DNA of 64,000 nt from contig CBFHKU010000006.1 of NCBI GenBank assembly GCA_965656495.1, forward strand, positions 40,184-104,183, in the 5' to 3' direction. Below the pieces are notes generated by a model. It ran no database searches. It had not been told where the DNA came from and saw only the letters and a list, made by a program, of their open reading frames with translations. This DNA comes from Coraliomargaritaceae bacterium (lineage in GTDB: Bacteria; Verrucomicrobiota; Verrucomicrobiia; Opitutales; Coraliomargaritaceae). Below are positions 11,661-21,001 of this stretch, one piece after another. Each line of letters begins with the position of its first letter. The stretch's first letter is position 1. Both the position numbers and the translations under genes were made by a program.

Positions 11661-12775
11661 GGGCGGGGCGGGTTCGCGTATTTTGCGAGGACTCCGGCCC
11701 ATTGCGCGAGGGTCGCTTGGTTGAGTTGCTCGGCGGCGCGGCGGGCCGCTGCGGCGGTGCGTTGCCAATATTCAGGGGCTTGTTCGAGGCAGGCTTGGAT
11801 TGCTTCGCTCAGGCTTTGGCCGGGTTGGAGGGCGATGAGCCCGTCTTTGAGCTCCGGCCAGTCGTGGATTCCAGCGTTGGCGGAGACCAATGCAGGTCGC
11901 CCGCGGGCCATCGCCTCAAGGGCGACTGAGCCAAAGGTTTCGAGCTTGGAGGGAAGCAAGAGGCAACTGGCGCCGTCGATCAGCTCGATGAGTTGTTCAC
12001 GGGTCAGCCAGCCTTTGAAGTGGACGTTTTGAAGTCCGGCGGCTGCTTGTTCGAGCTTGGCGCGTTCGGGGCCGTCGCCCCCGATGTCAAATTGGATATG
12101 GGGGAAATCGGCGGCGGCTTCGATGATGCGATCGACATTTTTTTCGGCGGCGAGCCGGCCTGCAAAGCAGATACGTTGGACGCGTTCGGATGGGGGGACG
12201 GGGGCTTGTTCGAGGAAACGGCGCTGGAGGGGGGTACCCATAACCTCGGTGGTGCGGGCTCCGAGTGCTTCGACGTCTGAACGGAGTTTGGAATTGTTCA
12301 CGAGGACGGTGGCGCTGGACTTGCAGAGGATGCGGTTGACGTTGCGAAGGTAACCGTTGACGACTACGCGGGTGAGGGGTCGCCAATAGATGCGTGCGAG
12401 TTGTTCAAAGTCGGTATGGAAAGCGGTGATGAAGGCGGCGCGGTGGCGCTTGGCGTGGTAAAGGCCGAGGAGTCCAAAGGGCCCGGGGGTCACGGCGACT
12501 ACGAGGTCTGGACGGAGGGCCTTGCAGCCTTTTGCGATTCGGAAGGGGTCTGGGGTAATGAGGCGTTGGGAGGGGTCTCCCGGCATGGGTATCGAGAAGC
12601 GGAGGTGGCGCGCCTTTTCGAGTGGTTGAAACATTTCAAGCGTCTCCACGTAGGGCTCAAGTTGGCCGAGAAGGTCGTGGTAATAGGCTCCGGTGCCGTT
12701 GCGTTCGGGGAAGGAATCGGAGAAGAAGGCGACGCGCAAGTGGCGGGCAGGACTGGCGGAATCATGTGTCATCAT
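11657..12775 (-). CDS. GT4 family glycosyltransferase
   Basis: FSDSFPERNG, FHTDF, AGRLAAEKN, GDGP and ETFGSVALEAMARG. Confidence 0.9.
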   Translation of the reverse strand: MMTHDSASPARHLRVAFFSDSFPERNGTGAYYHDLLGQLEPYVETLEMFQPLEKARHLRFSIPMPGDPSQRLITPDPFRIAKGCKALRPDLVVAVTPGPFGLLGLYHAKRHRAAFITAFHTDFEQLARIYWRPLTRVVVNGYLRNVNRILCKSSATVLVNNSKLRSDVEALGARTTEVMGTPLQRRFLEQAPVPPSERVQRICFAGRLAAEKNVDRIIEAAADFPHIQFDIGGDGPERAKLEQAAAGLQNVHFKGWLTREQLIELIDGASCLLLPSKLETFGSVALEAMARGRPALVSANAGIHDWPELKDGLIALQPGQSLSEAIQACLEQAPEYWQRTAAAARRAAEQLNQATLAQWAGVLAKYANPPRP

Positions 12776-13943
12776 GTACGTGTGCCGCTTGAACGCGAAT
12801 ACGACTATTTAATAGTGTGTGGTAGGAGGGCTTAAGGTAAACCCCGATTTCAGAAATTTTTTCGTGGCGGGCTGTGTCTTGATAGCGGTGTTGGGTTTGA
12901 TGATTGGCTTTTAATTGATCCAGTTGTTTGCGCAAGGGGTCATTCGGCTGGATTCGGAGTTGTTGGAGCGCCGCACTGAGGAGGGGCTTGGGTGCGTTGC
13001 GCAGGTCGGCTTGGTCGATGAGGGCGACTTCCCCGGGCGGGGCGTTTTTGATGAATCGAAGGAGCGCTTCGTAGTTGTGCTTAAAGATGGATTCGAAAAG
13101 CCGGGCGGTGATTTTTCCGGAGGGGTCGGTTCCAAAGAGGCGGCGGGCGGGCGCGAGGGAGCTGAGTTGAGAACGAAGGGCTTCAGAAGGTTCACGCACG
13201 CAAAGGAGGAATTTTGCATCGGGGAAGCGCTGGCGCAGGGCAGGGCACCAGGAGGCGAAGGCGGCGTTTTTGGAGAGGAAGCGGCGTCCCTTGCCGGAGG
13301 CGTAGAGATGGCGGCGGATGCAGGCCCCGTAGAAGTCGAGGAGGCGTTTGCGTTGGGTTTGGGGGAGGGTATCGAGGGCGGCGGTTTGTGCGAGGTAGCG
13401 GGAATCGGGGAATGCGAGGAGCAGGATGAGGGAACTGGCGGCGGGCAGGAGCCAGAGGTAGTCTTCTTCTGGAGCGTCGGGGGCTACCGCGTGGATTTGG
13501 TTGAAATCACCGGCAGCACGTTTGGTGAGGGCATGAATTATTTTTGCGAAGGGGGAACCGAGTTTCGCGTCGAGAGCGAGGGCAAGTTGAATGATTTTAC
13601 GGGCGGTGATGGAGGGTGCGAGGACGGCTTCCCAAGTGCTGACGGTGGTGAATTGTATGGAATCATGTGCGAGGGTGCGGTGCACAAAAGTGGTACCACT
13701 GCGGGGGATGCCGGTTATGAAAACGGGTGCTTCAACTTTGACCTTTCGGTAATTTGGAAAAAGCAGTTCATCGAGAAAGAGTCCCAGCCAGTGGAGCGAT
13801 TGCACCGCCAGAAGAAAGGGAGCGAGGAGAAGAAAGAGGATGCGCCGCCAGTTGAGGGGTGCCCCCCGCTTTGGCTCTGGCCTCAGGGCGCGGAACCACC
13901 ACTTAAGGTACCGCGCCAAGCTCTGGAGGCAAAGCAGGAGCAT
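12762..13943 (-). CDS. PAPS-dependent sulfotransferase family protein
   Basis: PVFITGIPRSGTT (5'-PSB loop), FLSKN and FPDAKFLLCVREPSEALRS (3'-PB). Confidence 0.88.
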   Translation of the reverse strand: MLLLCLQSLARYLKWWFRALRPEPKRGAPLNWRRILFLLLAPFLLAVQSLHWLGLFLDELLFPNYRKVKVEAPVFITGIPRSGTTFVHRTLAHDSIQFTTVSTWEAVLAPSITARKIIQLALALDAKLGSPFAKIIHALTKRAAGDFNQIHAVAPDAPEEDYLWLLPAASSLILLLAFPDSRYLAQTAALDTLPQTQRKRLLDFYGACIRRHLYASGKGRRFLSKNAAFASWCPALRQRFPDAKFLLCVREPSEALRSQLSSLAPARRLFGTDPSGKITARLFESIFKHNYEALLRFIKNAPPGEVALIDQADLRNAPKPLLSAALQQLRIQPNDPLRKQLDQLKANHQTQHRYQDTARHEKISEIGVYLKPSYHTLLNSRIRVQAAHVHDDT

Positions 13944-14390
13944 TCAGTTATCGAAGACCAGCTTCTTGGAGAGAATGTAGTTGAATCCGAGCCCTGCCAT
14001 ACCGCCAATCCACACCCCGAGGAGGGGAAGGGTCGCGGAGGCTGCAATCTCTCCGCCCATTTCGAGCCCGACCTGCAGTACGAGCGAGTATACCGAGATA
14101 TTGATGCCTGCGCCCACGGCATGGACGCTGTAATGCCGAAGAAGGGAGTGCCACAGGGCGCGTCCGGTTTCGAGGTGGTGAAAGGTGAAATAACGATTCA
14201 GGACATAGCCTGCAGCCATTGCGGCGGCCAAAGAAATCGCACGCCCCAGATAGGGGTTCACCCCAAGCCCTAGGAGGGCATACAAAACAAGCGCGTCAAT
14301 GAAGGAGATACTGACCCCTACAGTGGCGAATCGCGCGAAGGTGGCGCGATGGCTTTCGGAGCGATGGATTTTCCCGAGTAACTTGCGCAT
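13944..14390 (-). CDS. GtrA family protein
   Basis: RFATVG, LNRYFTF and NYILSKKLVF with 4 hydrophobic segments. Confidence 0.85.
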   Translation of the reverse strand: MRKLLGKIHRSESHRATFARFATVGVSISFIDALVLYALLGLGVNPYLGRAISLAAAMAAGYVLNRYFTFHHLETGRALWHSLLRHYSVHAVGAGINISVYSLVLQVGLEMGGEIAASATLPLLGVWIGGMAGLGFNYILSKKLVFDN

Positions 14391-14474
14391 GGCCTTTTGA
14401 AATTTTCGCTTATAAAATAGATTTGAACCTCGGCGTCAAATGGGAATCGGCAGACTTCGAAACTGATTCAGGAT

Positions 14475-14765
14475 TCAGGCCTTGAGATCCCGCAGTAATT
14501 TGAGGTCGGCAACAAAAGGACCGGCGGGGAGGAGGCTGGCGAGCAGGAGCAGGGCGGTGGTGCGGGATTTCCAATAGCCCTTCCATTGAAGGAAGGCCGC
14601 CAAGCCGACATAGAGCATCCACAGCACCCCATGCGCCATCCCGATTTGTTGCACCGCCGCAGGTTCGTCCCATAGGTATTTCAAAGGCATGGCGTAGCCC
14701 AGTAGGAGGAGGAAGGACAGCGCTTCCAAAAAACCGGTTACACGCAATATTTTGAGAGAAGCCAT
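14475..14765 (-). CDS. DUF3817 small membrane protein
   Basis: LEALSFLLLLGYAMPLKY, GMAHGVLWMLY and ASLLPAGPF. Confidence 0.8.
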   Translation of the reverse strand: MASLKILRVTGFLEALSFLLLLGYAMPLKYLWDEPAAVQQIGMAHGVLWMLYVGLAAFLQWKGYWKSRTTALLLLASLLPAGPFVADLKLLRDLKA

Positions 14766-14767
14766 CG

Positions 14768-15337
14768 TCAGCTGCCCGGTTTAGTCGCGGGAGTCCCTTG
14801 CAGCTCCGGCGGTAGCGCATCGGCGGGGTAGGTGGGGAAGCTGAGCTGCGCGAGGCTGTGGTGCGGGATGTCAAAGGTGGTAGCACCTGCGCTGCGGTCT
14901 ACGATCACGCCGACCGCGACGGGTTCCGCGCCATGTGCCCGGCATTGTGCCAGCGCTTCAACGACCCGACCACCGCGCGTGATGACGTCCTCCACGATTA
15001 GGACCTTTTCGCCCGCTTCGAATTTGAAATTGCGCCTCAGTTCGAGTTTATCATCCACTTTCTCTAGGAACAGGAAACGGGTTCCCAGTAAACGTGCCAC
15101 TTCCTGCCCGATGACGAGTCCTCCCATGGCCGGGCCAACCACGGTGGTCGCACCATAGCCCTTGAGGTCTGCAACCAGCATCTCAGCGAGGCGGGTGACT
15201 TGGTCGATGTATTGACAGACCTGAGCGCATTGGAAGAAATGGGCGCTGTGTAGGCCGGAGCGCAGGACAAAATGTCCTTCCAGGAGTGCGCCGCTTTCGC
15301 GGAAAATGCTGAGTACTTCCTCTTCTCGTTCGTTCAT
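14768..15337 (-). CDS. pyrE: Orotate phosphoribosyltransferase
   Basis: GHFVLRSGLHS and PRPP motif VLIVEDVITRGG. Confidence 0.93.
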   Translation of the reverse strand: MNEREEEVLSIFRESGALLEGHFVLRSGLHSAHFFQCAQVCQYIDQVTRLAEMLVADLKGYGATTVVGPAMGGLVIGQEVARLLGTRFLFLEKVDDKLELRRNFKFEAGEKVLIVEDVITRGGRVVEALAQCRAHGAEPVAVGVIVDRSAGATTFDIPHHSLAQLSFPTYPADALPPELQGTPATKPGS

Positions 15338-15445
15338 GTGCCCACACTGGCGAAGATGCGAGCAGCTGTGAAGCGGGAAATATAAAATTTAAAGAGACAC
15401 CCAATAGGGATGTCTCTGAAGCGTTCAGGTCACCGAGGGGACGTG

Positions 15446-15616
15446 TTATTTATAATCGTCCGGATCAATAAGACCGCTGTCATTGCTATCGAACGGCTTC
15501 ATTTCCATCCAGCCCTCCTCTTTATTTGCGGAGCTGTCTGTTGCGATGTAGCAGCCGGAAACAAGTAATAATGTGCCGGCGGTGATAATTACAAATGGAA
15601 GAAATAACTTACTCAT
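15446..15616 (-). CDS. 56-aa lipoprotein with an EF-hand-like loop
   Basis: Hand translation MSKLFLPFVIITAGTLLLVSGCYIATDSSANKEEGWMEMKPFDSNDSGLIDPDDYK; lipobox VSGC; downstream hairpin AGAGACA...TGTCTCT at about 15393-15417. Confidence 0.7.
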   Translation of the reverse strand: MSKLFLPFVIITAGTLLLVSGCYIATDSSANKEEGWMEMKPFDSNDSGLIDPDDYK

Positions 15617-15740
15617 AACCTAAAAATATACTAAATAGTTTAATAAAGTAAACTAAAATTTATAAAATATTAGCTGATGCCCTAATCGTGCTTGTGGCTT
15701 GTGCTGTGCCCCGTCTTAGCCCTATTTTGAGCAGCGTTTC

Positions 15741-16886
15741 ATGTTTTCACTGCTATACCGTCATCTTCTTCGGGAAATCTCGACTGCCACTGCCTTGGCA
15801 ATGGGATTATTCGTTTTTGTTCTGTTGTTGGGTAACGCCATGGGGGATATCTTTGGGCTAATGTTTGCGGGGAAGTTGGATGCGGTTTTATTTTTCAAAT
15901 TGTTGGCATTATTGATTCCCTATGTGACGGCTTATGCGCTGCCGCTGGGGATGTTGACGGGAACCTTGATGGCCTTGGGGCGATTATCTGCACAGCATGA
16001 GATTACCGCGATGAAGTCGGCGGGGCTTGGAATGGCACAACTTGCGAGTCCGGTCTTTTTTCTTTCCTCGCTGGGAGTAGTGGCGGGATTGGTTGTAAAT
16101 TTGCAATACGCGCCGCAGTCGCGTGCCGCCTACAAAAATCTGATTGCCTCGGCAGTGACAGAAAACCCGCTTGGTTTTATCGAAGCGCGTCGCTTCATTA
16201 ATGAATTTCCCGGCGCGGTAATTTATGCCGGCGAGCGGGAGGGTTCCCGCTTGGGTGATGTATGGTTTTGGAAACTGGATGACTCCAAGCAGGTAGAGCT
16301 ATTTATCCGCGGTCGTGAGGGGCAGGTCGAATACCGGGAAGCGGAAAATGCGCTGGTTCTGACTTTGTTGGATGGGACGACGGAGCAACGAAAAACTGCG
16401 GGCGATGGGGGTTCCGGGGCGGCGGAATTCAACATGCTGGATTTTGGAGAGCTTTCTTTTGAATGGTCGCTCGACTCGGTTTTTGAAGCCCGCGCGGCGC
16501 GTCCCACCAAGCTCAAGAATATGACTTTTGCGCAACAAATGGCGCAGCGGGAAAAGTTGAAAGCGGAAGAGGTTGCGGCGGACACGGGGCTTTCCCAGGA
16601 ACGCCTGCAGGTGCAATTCTACATTCAGCAAAATTGTGCCTATGCATTTTCGATTTTCTCGCTCGCGATTTTTGGAGTGCCGCTCGCCATTCGCGTTGGG
16701 CGGCATGAAAGCTACTCCAACCTGGCGCTCGCGCTGGTGGTGGCGCTGGTCTTTTATGCCCTTATGATTGCGGTCAGTTGGTTGGAGGGGCAAGTCTGGT
16801 TGCGCCCGGACCTGCTGATCTGGTTGCCCAATCTCATCTTTCAGTCTCTGGGCATCTATCTTCTGGCGCGCGTTAACCGACATTAA
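15741..16886 (+). CDS. lptF: LptF/LptG family LPS export permease
   Basis: LYRHLLREI, GRLSAQHEITAMKSAG, FGVPLA and IWLPNL; LptF versus LptG is not certain. Confidence 0.85.
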   Translation: MFSLLYRHLLREISTATALAMGLFVFVLLLGNAMGDIFGLMFAGKLDAVLFFKLLALLIPYVTAYALPLGMLTGTLMALGRLSAQHEITAMKSAGLGMAQLASPVFFLSSLGVVAGLVVNLQYAPQSRAAYKNLIASAVTENPLGFIEARRFINEFPGAVIYAGEREGSRLGDVWFWKLDDSKQVELFIRGREGQVEYREAENALVLTLLDGTTEQRKTAGDGGSGAAEFNMLDFGELSFEWSLDSVFEARAARPTKLKNMTFAQQMAQREKLKAEEVAADTGLSQERLQVQFYIQQNCAYAFSIFSLAIFGVPLAIRVGRHESYSNLALALVVALVFYALMIAVSWLEGQVWLRPDLLIWLPNLIFQSLGIYLLARVNRH

Positions 16887-16888
16887 TC

Positions 16889-18211
16889 ATGCAAGTACGG
16901 TTATTGGAAGGTCGTTGGACTGCGGAAGATCTGTTATTGCGGCTAGAGGGGCAGGATCGTCCCTTTGCCTTGGATAGTGCGCAATCGAATGACGGCTTGG
17001 GAGAATGGAGTTTTTTTGGCGCGAATCCCTTTGAATTGGTAACAGGGGATGCGGGTTTGGGAGCGTTGCGGGCGGCGATGCAGCCCTATGCCCGCCAGCC
17101 GAGTGGCGAGATCCCCTTTACCGGAGGTGCGGTGGGTTATTTGGCGTATGACTACGGGCGTCGGCTGGAACGCATTCCGGAGCAGACGGTGGATGACCGG
17201 GCGATTCCGGATCTTTGCTTCGGGCTCTATGACGGGATTGCGGCTCTGGAGCATCAAACCGGGAAGCTGTATTTAATCGCGTTGGGGATTCGGGCTCCGG
17301 AGGAGTCGGTCTTGCGCGAACTGGAGGCGACTCTGCGAGCGGCGAGACCCGAGCCGGCATGGAAGCTGCCGACCCGCGAGCCTTGGGAATGGAATGGATC
17401 GGAGGCTGATTTCATGCGATCGGTGGAGCGCATCAAGGGTTACATCGCGAGCGGAGATGCTTATCAGGTGAATTTGTCGCGGCGGGCGCGGTGCCGTTAT
17501 GAAGGGGCGCCGATGCAATTGTATCGTGCGCTGCGGCGGGGGAATCCCGCGCCTTACGGAGCGTATCTGGACTGCGGCAACTGGCAGTTAATTTCAACCT
17601 CTCCGGAGCAGTTTTTGCGCAAGACAGGGCGGGAACTTTGCACACGACCGATCAAGGGGACGCGTCCGCGTGGGGTCGGCAGTCAAGAGGATGCGGTTCT
17701 TGCGGCAGATTTGGAGGGCTCGGAGAAGGAGCGTGCGGAGTTGTTGATGATCGTGGATTTGGTACGCAATGATCTCGGTCGGGTCGCGGAGTATGGCTCG
17801 GTGCAGGTGGAGCAATTGTATCATCAGGAATACTATGCGCGAGTGATGCACCAGACCGCCCAAGTGCGGGCGCGATTGGCGGAGGGCAAGGATGTTTTTG
17901 ATTGCGTGGAGGCGCTCTTTCCCGGGGGTTCGATAACGGGTGCGCCCAAGATTCGTGCGATGGAAATCATTGAGGAGTTGGAACCGACCCGGCGCGGGGT
18001 TTATTGTGGTTCGATGGGTTATATTGGTTTTGATGGGGAGGCCGAGTTGAACATCGCGATTCGCAGTTTGCATTTAAAAGATGGCTGGCTGGATTATCAA
18101 GTGGGCGGAGGTATTGTATGGGATTCCGACCCGCAGGCGGAGTTACAGGAAACCATCGACAAAGGTCGCGCCATTCACGAAACAATCGAAGCATTATGTC
18201 AGCCATCATAA
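16889..18211 (+). CDS. pabB: Aminodeoxychorismate synthase component I
   Basis: GDAYQVNLS, STSPEQF, TRPIKGTRPR, KERAELLMIVDLVRNDLG and FPGGSITGAPK. Confidence 0.92.
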   Translation: MQVRLLEGRWTAEDLLLRLEGQDRPFALDSAQSNDGLGEWSFFGANPFELVTGDAGLGALRAAMQPYARQPSGEIPFTGGAVGYLAYDYGRRLERIPEQTVDDRAIPDLCFGLYDGIAALEHQTGKLYLIALGIRAPEESVLRELEATLRAARPEPAWKLPTREPWEWNGSEADFMRSVERIKGYIASGDAYQVNLSRRARCRYEGAPMQLYRALRRGNPAPYGAYLDCGNWQLISTSPEQFLRKTGRELCTRPIKGTRPRGVGSQEDAVLAADLEGSEKERAELLMIVDLVRNDLGRVAEYGSVQVEQLYHQEYYARVMHQTAQVRARLAEGKDVFDCVEALFPGGSITGAPKIRAMEIIEELEPTRRGVYCGSMGYIGFDGEAELNIAIRSLHLKDGWLDYQVGGGIVWDSDPQAELQETIDKGRAIHETIEALCQPS

Positions 18212-19011
18212 AAATCGCAACGGGCGGGAGTCTTGAACTGGAACCCGGTGATGGCGCTTTTGCCTACGGGGAGGGTCTGTTTGAAACGATCAAGTTGAGG
18301 GCGGGCGGGTTGTGTTTTTGGCGGGGGCACTGGGCGCGGCTGGCGGCCTCTGCGGAAGCGCTGGGCTTTGTCCTCCCGAAAGAAGAGGCGGTGCTGGAGG
18401 CCTTGCGTGAATGGTTGGCGGCAGAGGGGCGCGAGTCGGGCATTGTGAAGCTGTCCTTAGTGCGGCAGGGCGAGGGCTGCGTGCTGTATATTTATGGGCG
18501 CAGGGAAGCGGACCCCGTTGCCGGGCAGGTGCGCCTCCAGTTGGAAAAGGAGACGCGGCTGAATCCGTACTCCTTGCTGGCGGGGCACAAATCGCATAAT
18601 TACATGGAGGCGATGACGCTGTGGCGCCGGGCACGGGCTGCGGGGTTTTACGATTGCCTGCGCTTGAATGCCACCGGTCATTTGGCGGAGGCCTGTGTTG
18701 CGAATCTCTTTTTCCTGAAGGCGGGGGTGGTTCACACTCCGGCGTTGGCGAGTGGGATTTTGCCCGGGGTCATTCGCGCGGAAGTCCTGCGTTTGGCGGC
18801 AGAGGAGAATCTGGAAACCCGCGAGGGGGATTATGTTCCCGGGGATCTCGCGGATGCGGAGGCGGTTTTTTTGACGAATTCGGTAGCGGGGATTGTTCCG
18901 GTGGAATTGGTGGAAGCGGTTTTTGAAAGCGGTGGTTTAGAGCAGGGGCAGGTGGATTCATTGCGGGCGCGGCTTGCCTTGGCGGAACAAAGCGCTTCTG
19001 TAATTCCCTGA
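18196..19011 (+). CDS. pabC: Class IV aminotransferase, probable aminodeoxychorismate lyase
   Basis: YGEGLFETI, HKSHNY, GILPGVIR and FLTNS; sits between pabB and folP. Confidence 0.8.
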   Translation: MSAIIKIATGGSLELEPGDGAFAYGEGLFETIKLRAGGLCFWRGHWARLAASAEALGFVLPKEEAVLEALREWLAAEGRESGIVKLSLVRQGEGCVLYIYGRREADPVAGQVRLQLEKETRLNPYSLLAGHKSHNYMEAMTLWRRARAAGFYDCLRLNATGHLAEACVANLFFLKAGVVHTPALASGILPGVIRAEVLRLAAEENLETREGDYVPGDLADAEAVFLTNSVAGIVPVELVEAVFESGGLEQGQVDSLRARLALAEQSASVIP

Positions 19012-19853
19012 TGTCTGCTGCAAAAATATTCCACACCTCCCGCCGGGATTTGCCTTTGGGTCAGCGGACATATTTGGCGGGCATTTTGAATTTAACCCCG
19101 GATTCTTTTTCGGACGGAGGGGATTACGATAATCAGGAGGCGGCACGGGCGCGTTTTCATGCGATGACGGCGGCGGGCGCCGAGCTTATCGATATAGGCG
19201 GGGAATCCACTCGCCCGGGTTTTGAGCCGGTCTCGGAGGCGGAGGAGTTGGAGCGGGTGGTGCCTTTTATTGAGCGGGTTCGGGGTGAGACCTCGGCCTT
19301 GATTTCGGTGGACACCTCCAAGAGCGGGGTTGCTGCCGCCGCGCTGGCGGCAGGTGCGGATATCGTGAATGACATTTGGGGTGCACAGGGCGATCCGGCG
19401 ATGGCAGAAGTGATGGGTGCGGCGAAGGCAGCTTGTATTTTGATGCATAATCGTCCCGCCGAGGCGGCGGGGGAGGGAGATGTGATTGAGTCCATTTTGG
19501 AATTTTGGGAGGTTTCGGTGGCACGGGTTTTGGCGGCAGGGGTGGCCGCGGAATCCATCATTCTTGATCCGGGACTGGGGTTTGGAAAAACCTACGAGGA
19601 GAACTGGGAAATCATGCGGCGGCTGGAGGAATTACATGCGGCGGGCTACCCGCTCTTGCTGGGGGCCTCGCGGAAATCGATGTTGGCGCGGTTGTTGCAG
19701 ATCGAGGATCCAAAGGCGCGGCTGAGCGGAACCCTGGGCACAACGGCGCGGGCGATTCAGGCTGGTGTTGCTTTTTTACGTGTGCACGATGTGCGGGAAA
19801 ACCGCGAATGCGCGGATGTTTTGAATTACTGCTGCCATGAAAAAAAGAACTAA
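19011..19853 (+). CDS. folP: Dihydropteroate synthase
   Basis: GILNLTPDSFSDGG, DIGGESTRPG, DPGLGFGK, SRKS and RVHDV. Confidence 0.97.
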   Translation: MSAAKIFHTSRRDLPLGQRTYLAGILNLTPDSFSDGGDYDNQEAARARFHAMTAAGAELIDIGGESTRPGFEPVSEAEELERVVPFIERVRGETSALISVDTSKSGVAAAALAAGADIVNDIWGAQGDPAMAEVMGAAKAACILMHNRPAEAAGEGDVIESILEFWEVSVARVLAAGVAAESIILDPGLGFGKTYEENWEIMRRLEELHAAGYPLLLGASRKSMLARLLQIEDPKARLSGTLGTTARAIQAGVAFLRVHDVRENRECADVLNYCCHEKKN

Positions 19854-20205
19854 GATTGAATTAAAGGGCTTGGAATTTTTCGCGCACCACGGGGTCTTGC
19901 CGGAGGAGGCAAAACTCGGGCAGCGTTTCTCGGTGGACGTGGTTCTGGAGTTGGATCCTGAAATGAGTTTTGAAAGTGATGCGGTGGAATCGACCGTCAA
20001 TTATGCGGAGGTCTACGCTCTGGTGGAGCGGATTTTTACGGGCGAGCGCTATCATTTGATTGAAAGGGCAGCGGAGGTCATTGCGGAAGGGGTACTCGCG
20101 GATTTTGAGAAGGTGCGTGAAGTGGGGGTCAAGGTATGCAAGCCCTCCGCGCCGATCCCCGGGATTTTTGAGTATTGCTCGGCGGAGGTGTGGCAATGCC
20201 GTTAA
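19837..20205 (+). CDS. folB: Dihydroneopterin aldolase
   Basis: FAHHGVLPEEAKLGQRF, TVNYAEV and LIERAAE. Confidence 0.95.
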   Translation: MKKRTKIELKGLEFFAHHGVLPEEAKLGQRFSVDVVLELDPEMSFESDAVESTVNYAEVYALVERIFTGERYHLIERAAEVIAEGVLADFEKVREVGVKVCKPSAPIPGIFEYCSAEVWQCR

Positions 20206-20708
20206 CGCGAGCCTTCGTGGCTTTTGGGAGTAACGTGGGCGATCGTTTGGGAACGATGCAGGCGGCGTTGCGTCACTTGACGGAGGATGGGCAAACGCGC
20301 TGCCTCAAGACGAGTCCGGTGTATGAGAATCGGGCGGTGGGCATGGGCGAGGCCGCGCCGTTTTTGAATGCGGTGGTTGAATTTGAAACGGTATTGGATG
20401 CGGATGCCTTACTGGAGGCCTGTCTGTCGGTGGAGGCGATGCTGGGCCGTGAGCGGGCGGGTTCGTGGAAACCGCGCACCATTGATTTGGATGTGCTGCT
20501 TTTTGGGGCGGAGCGGCGGGAGGACGCGCAGCTTGTTTTGCCGCATCCACGTATTGCGGAGCGGGATTTTGTGGCGCAACCGTTATTGGATATCGCACCG
20601 GATTTGGAAATTGAAGGGCGTGGAATCGGTGCAATCGTAGCGGGGTTGCCGGAGTTTGAACTTGTGCTTTACGCGGCGCAACTGGAGGCGCAGTCTGCGG
20701 AAAGATGA
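20196..20708 (+). CDS. folK: Hydroxymethyldihydropterin pyrophosphokinase
   Basis: GSNVGDR, FLNAVV, WKPRTIDLDVL and LPHPRIAERDFV. Confidence 0.95.
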   Translation: MPLTRAFVAFGSNVGDRLGTMQAALRHLTEDGQTRCLKTSPVYENRAVGMGEAAPFLNAVVEFETVLDADALLEACLSVEAMLGRERAGSWKPRTIDLDVLLFGAERREDAQLVLPHPRIAERDFVAQPLLDIAPDLEIEGRGIGAIVAGLPEFELVLYAAQLEAQSAER

Positions 20709-21001
20709 AACCAGAGGTGGAGATTGAATATTGCCCCGGTTGCCGCTGGTTGATGCGGGCGGCATGGACGGCGCAGGAATTGTTGACGACTTTTGAAGCG
20801 GAACGGTTAGCGGTGCGTTTGCGGCCCTCGGAAACGGGGGGACGTTTCACGGTTCGTTTGTCGGGTGAGGTTGTTTGGGACCGGGCGGCGGAGGGTCGTT
20901 TCCCGGAAATGAAGGAATTGAAGCAGTTGTTGCGCGACCGGATTGCGCCGGAGCGGGATTTGGGGCACAGCGATCGAAAAGAGGGGAGCCGCGATGCCTG
21001 A
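20705..21001 (+). CDS. SelT/SelW/SelH (Rdx) family redox protein, CxxC type
   Basis: IEYCPGCRWLMRAAWTAQELLTTF...FPEMKELKQLLRDRIAPERDLGHSD. Confidence 0.9.
   Translation: MKPEVEIEYCPGCRWLMRAAWTAQELLTTFEAERLAVRLRPSETGGRFTVRLSGEVVWDRAAEGRFPEMKELKQLLRDRIAPERDLGHSDRKEGSRDA

Noticed and set aside
12915..14273. 452-aa plus-strand ORF
   Set aside because: Antisense shadow of the sulfotransferase and GtrA genes in GC-rich DNA; no motifs.
20705..21001. Selenoprotein candidate (SelW-like)
   Set aside because: The motif is CPGC with ordinary Cys codons; there is no in-frame TGA.
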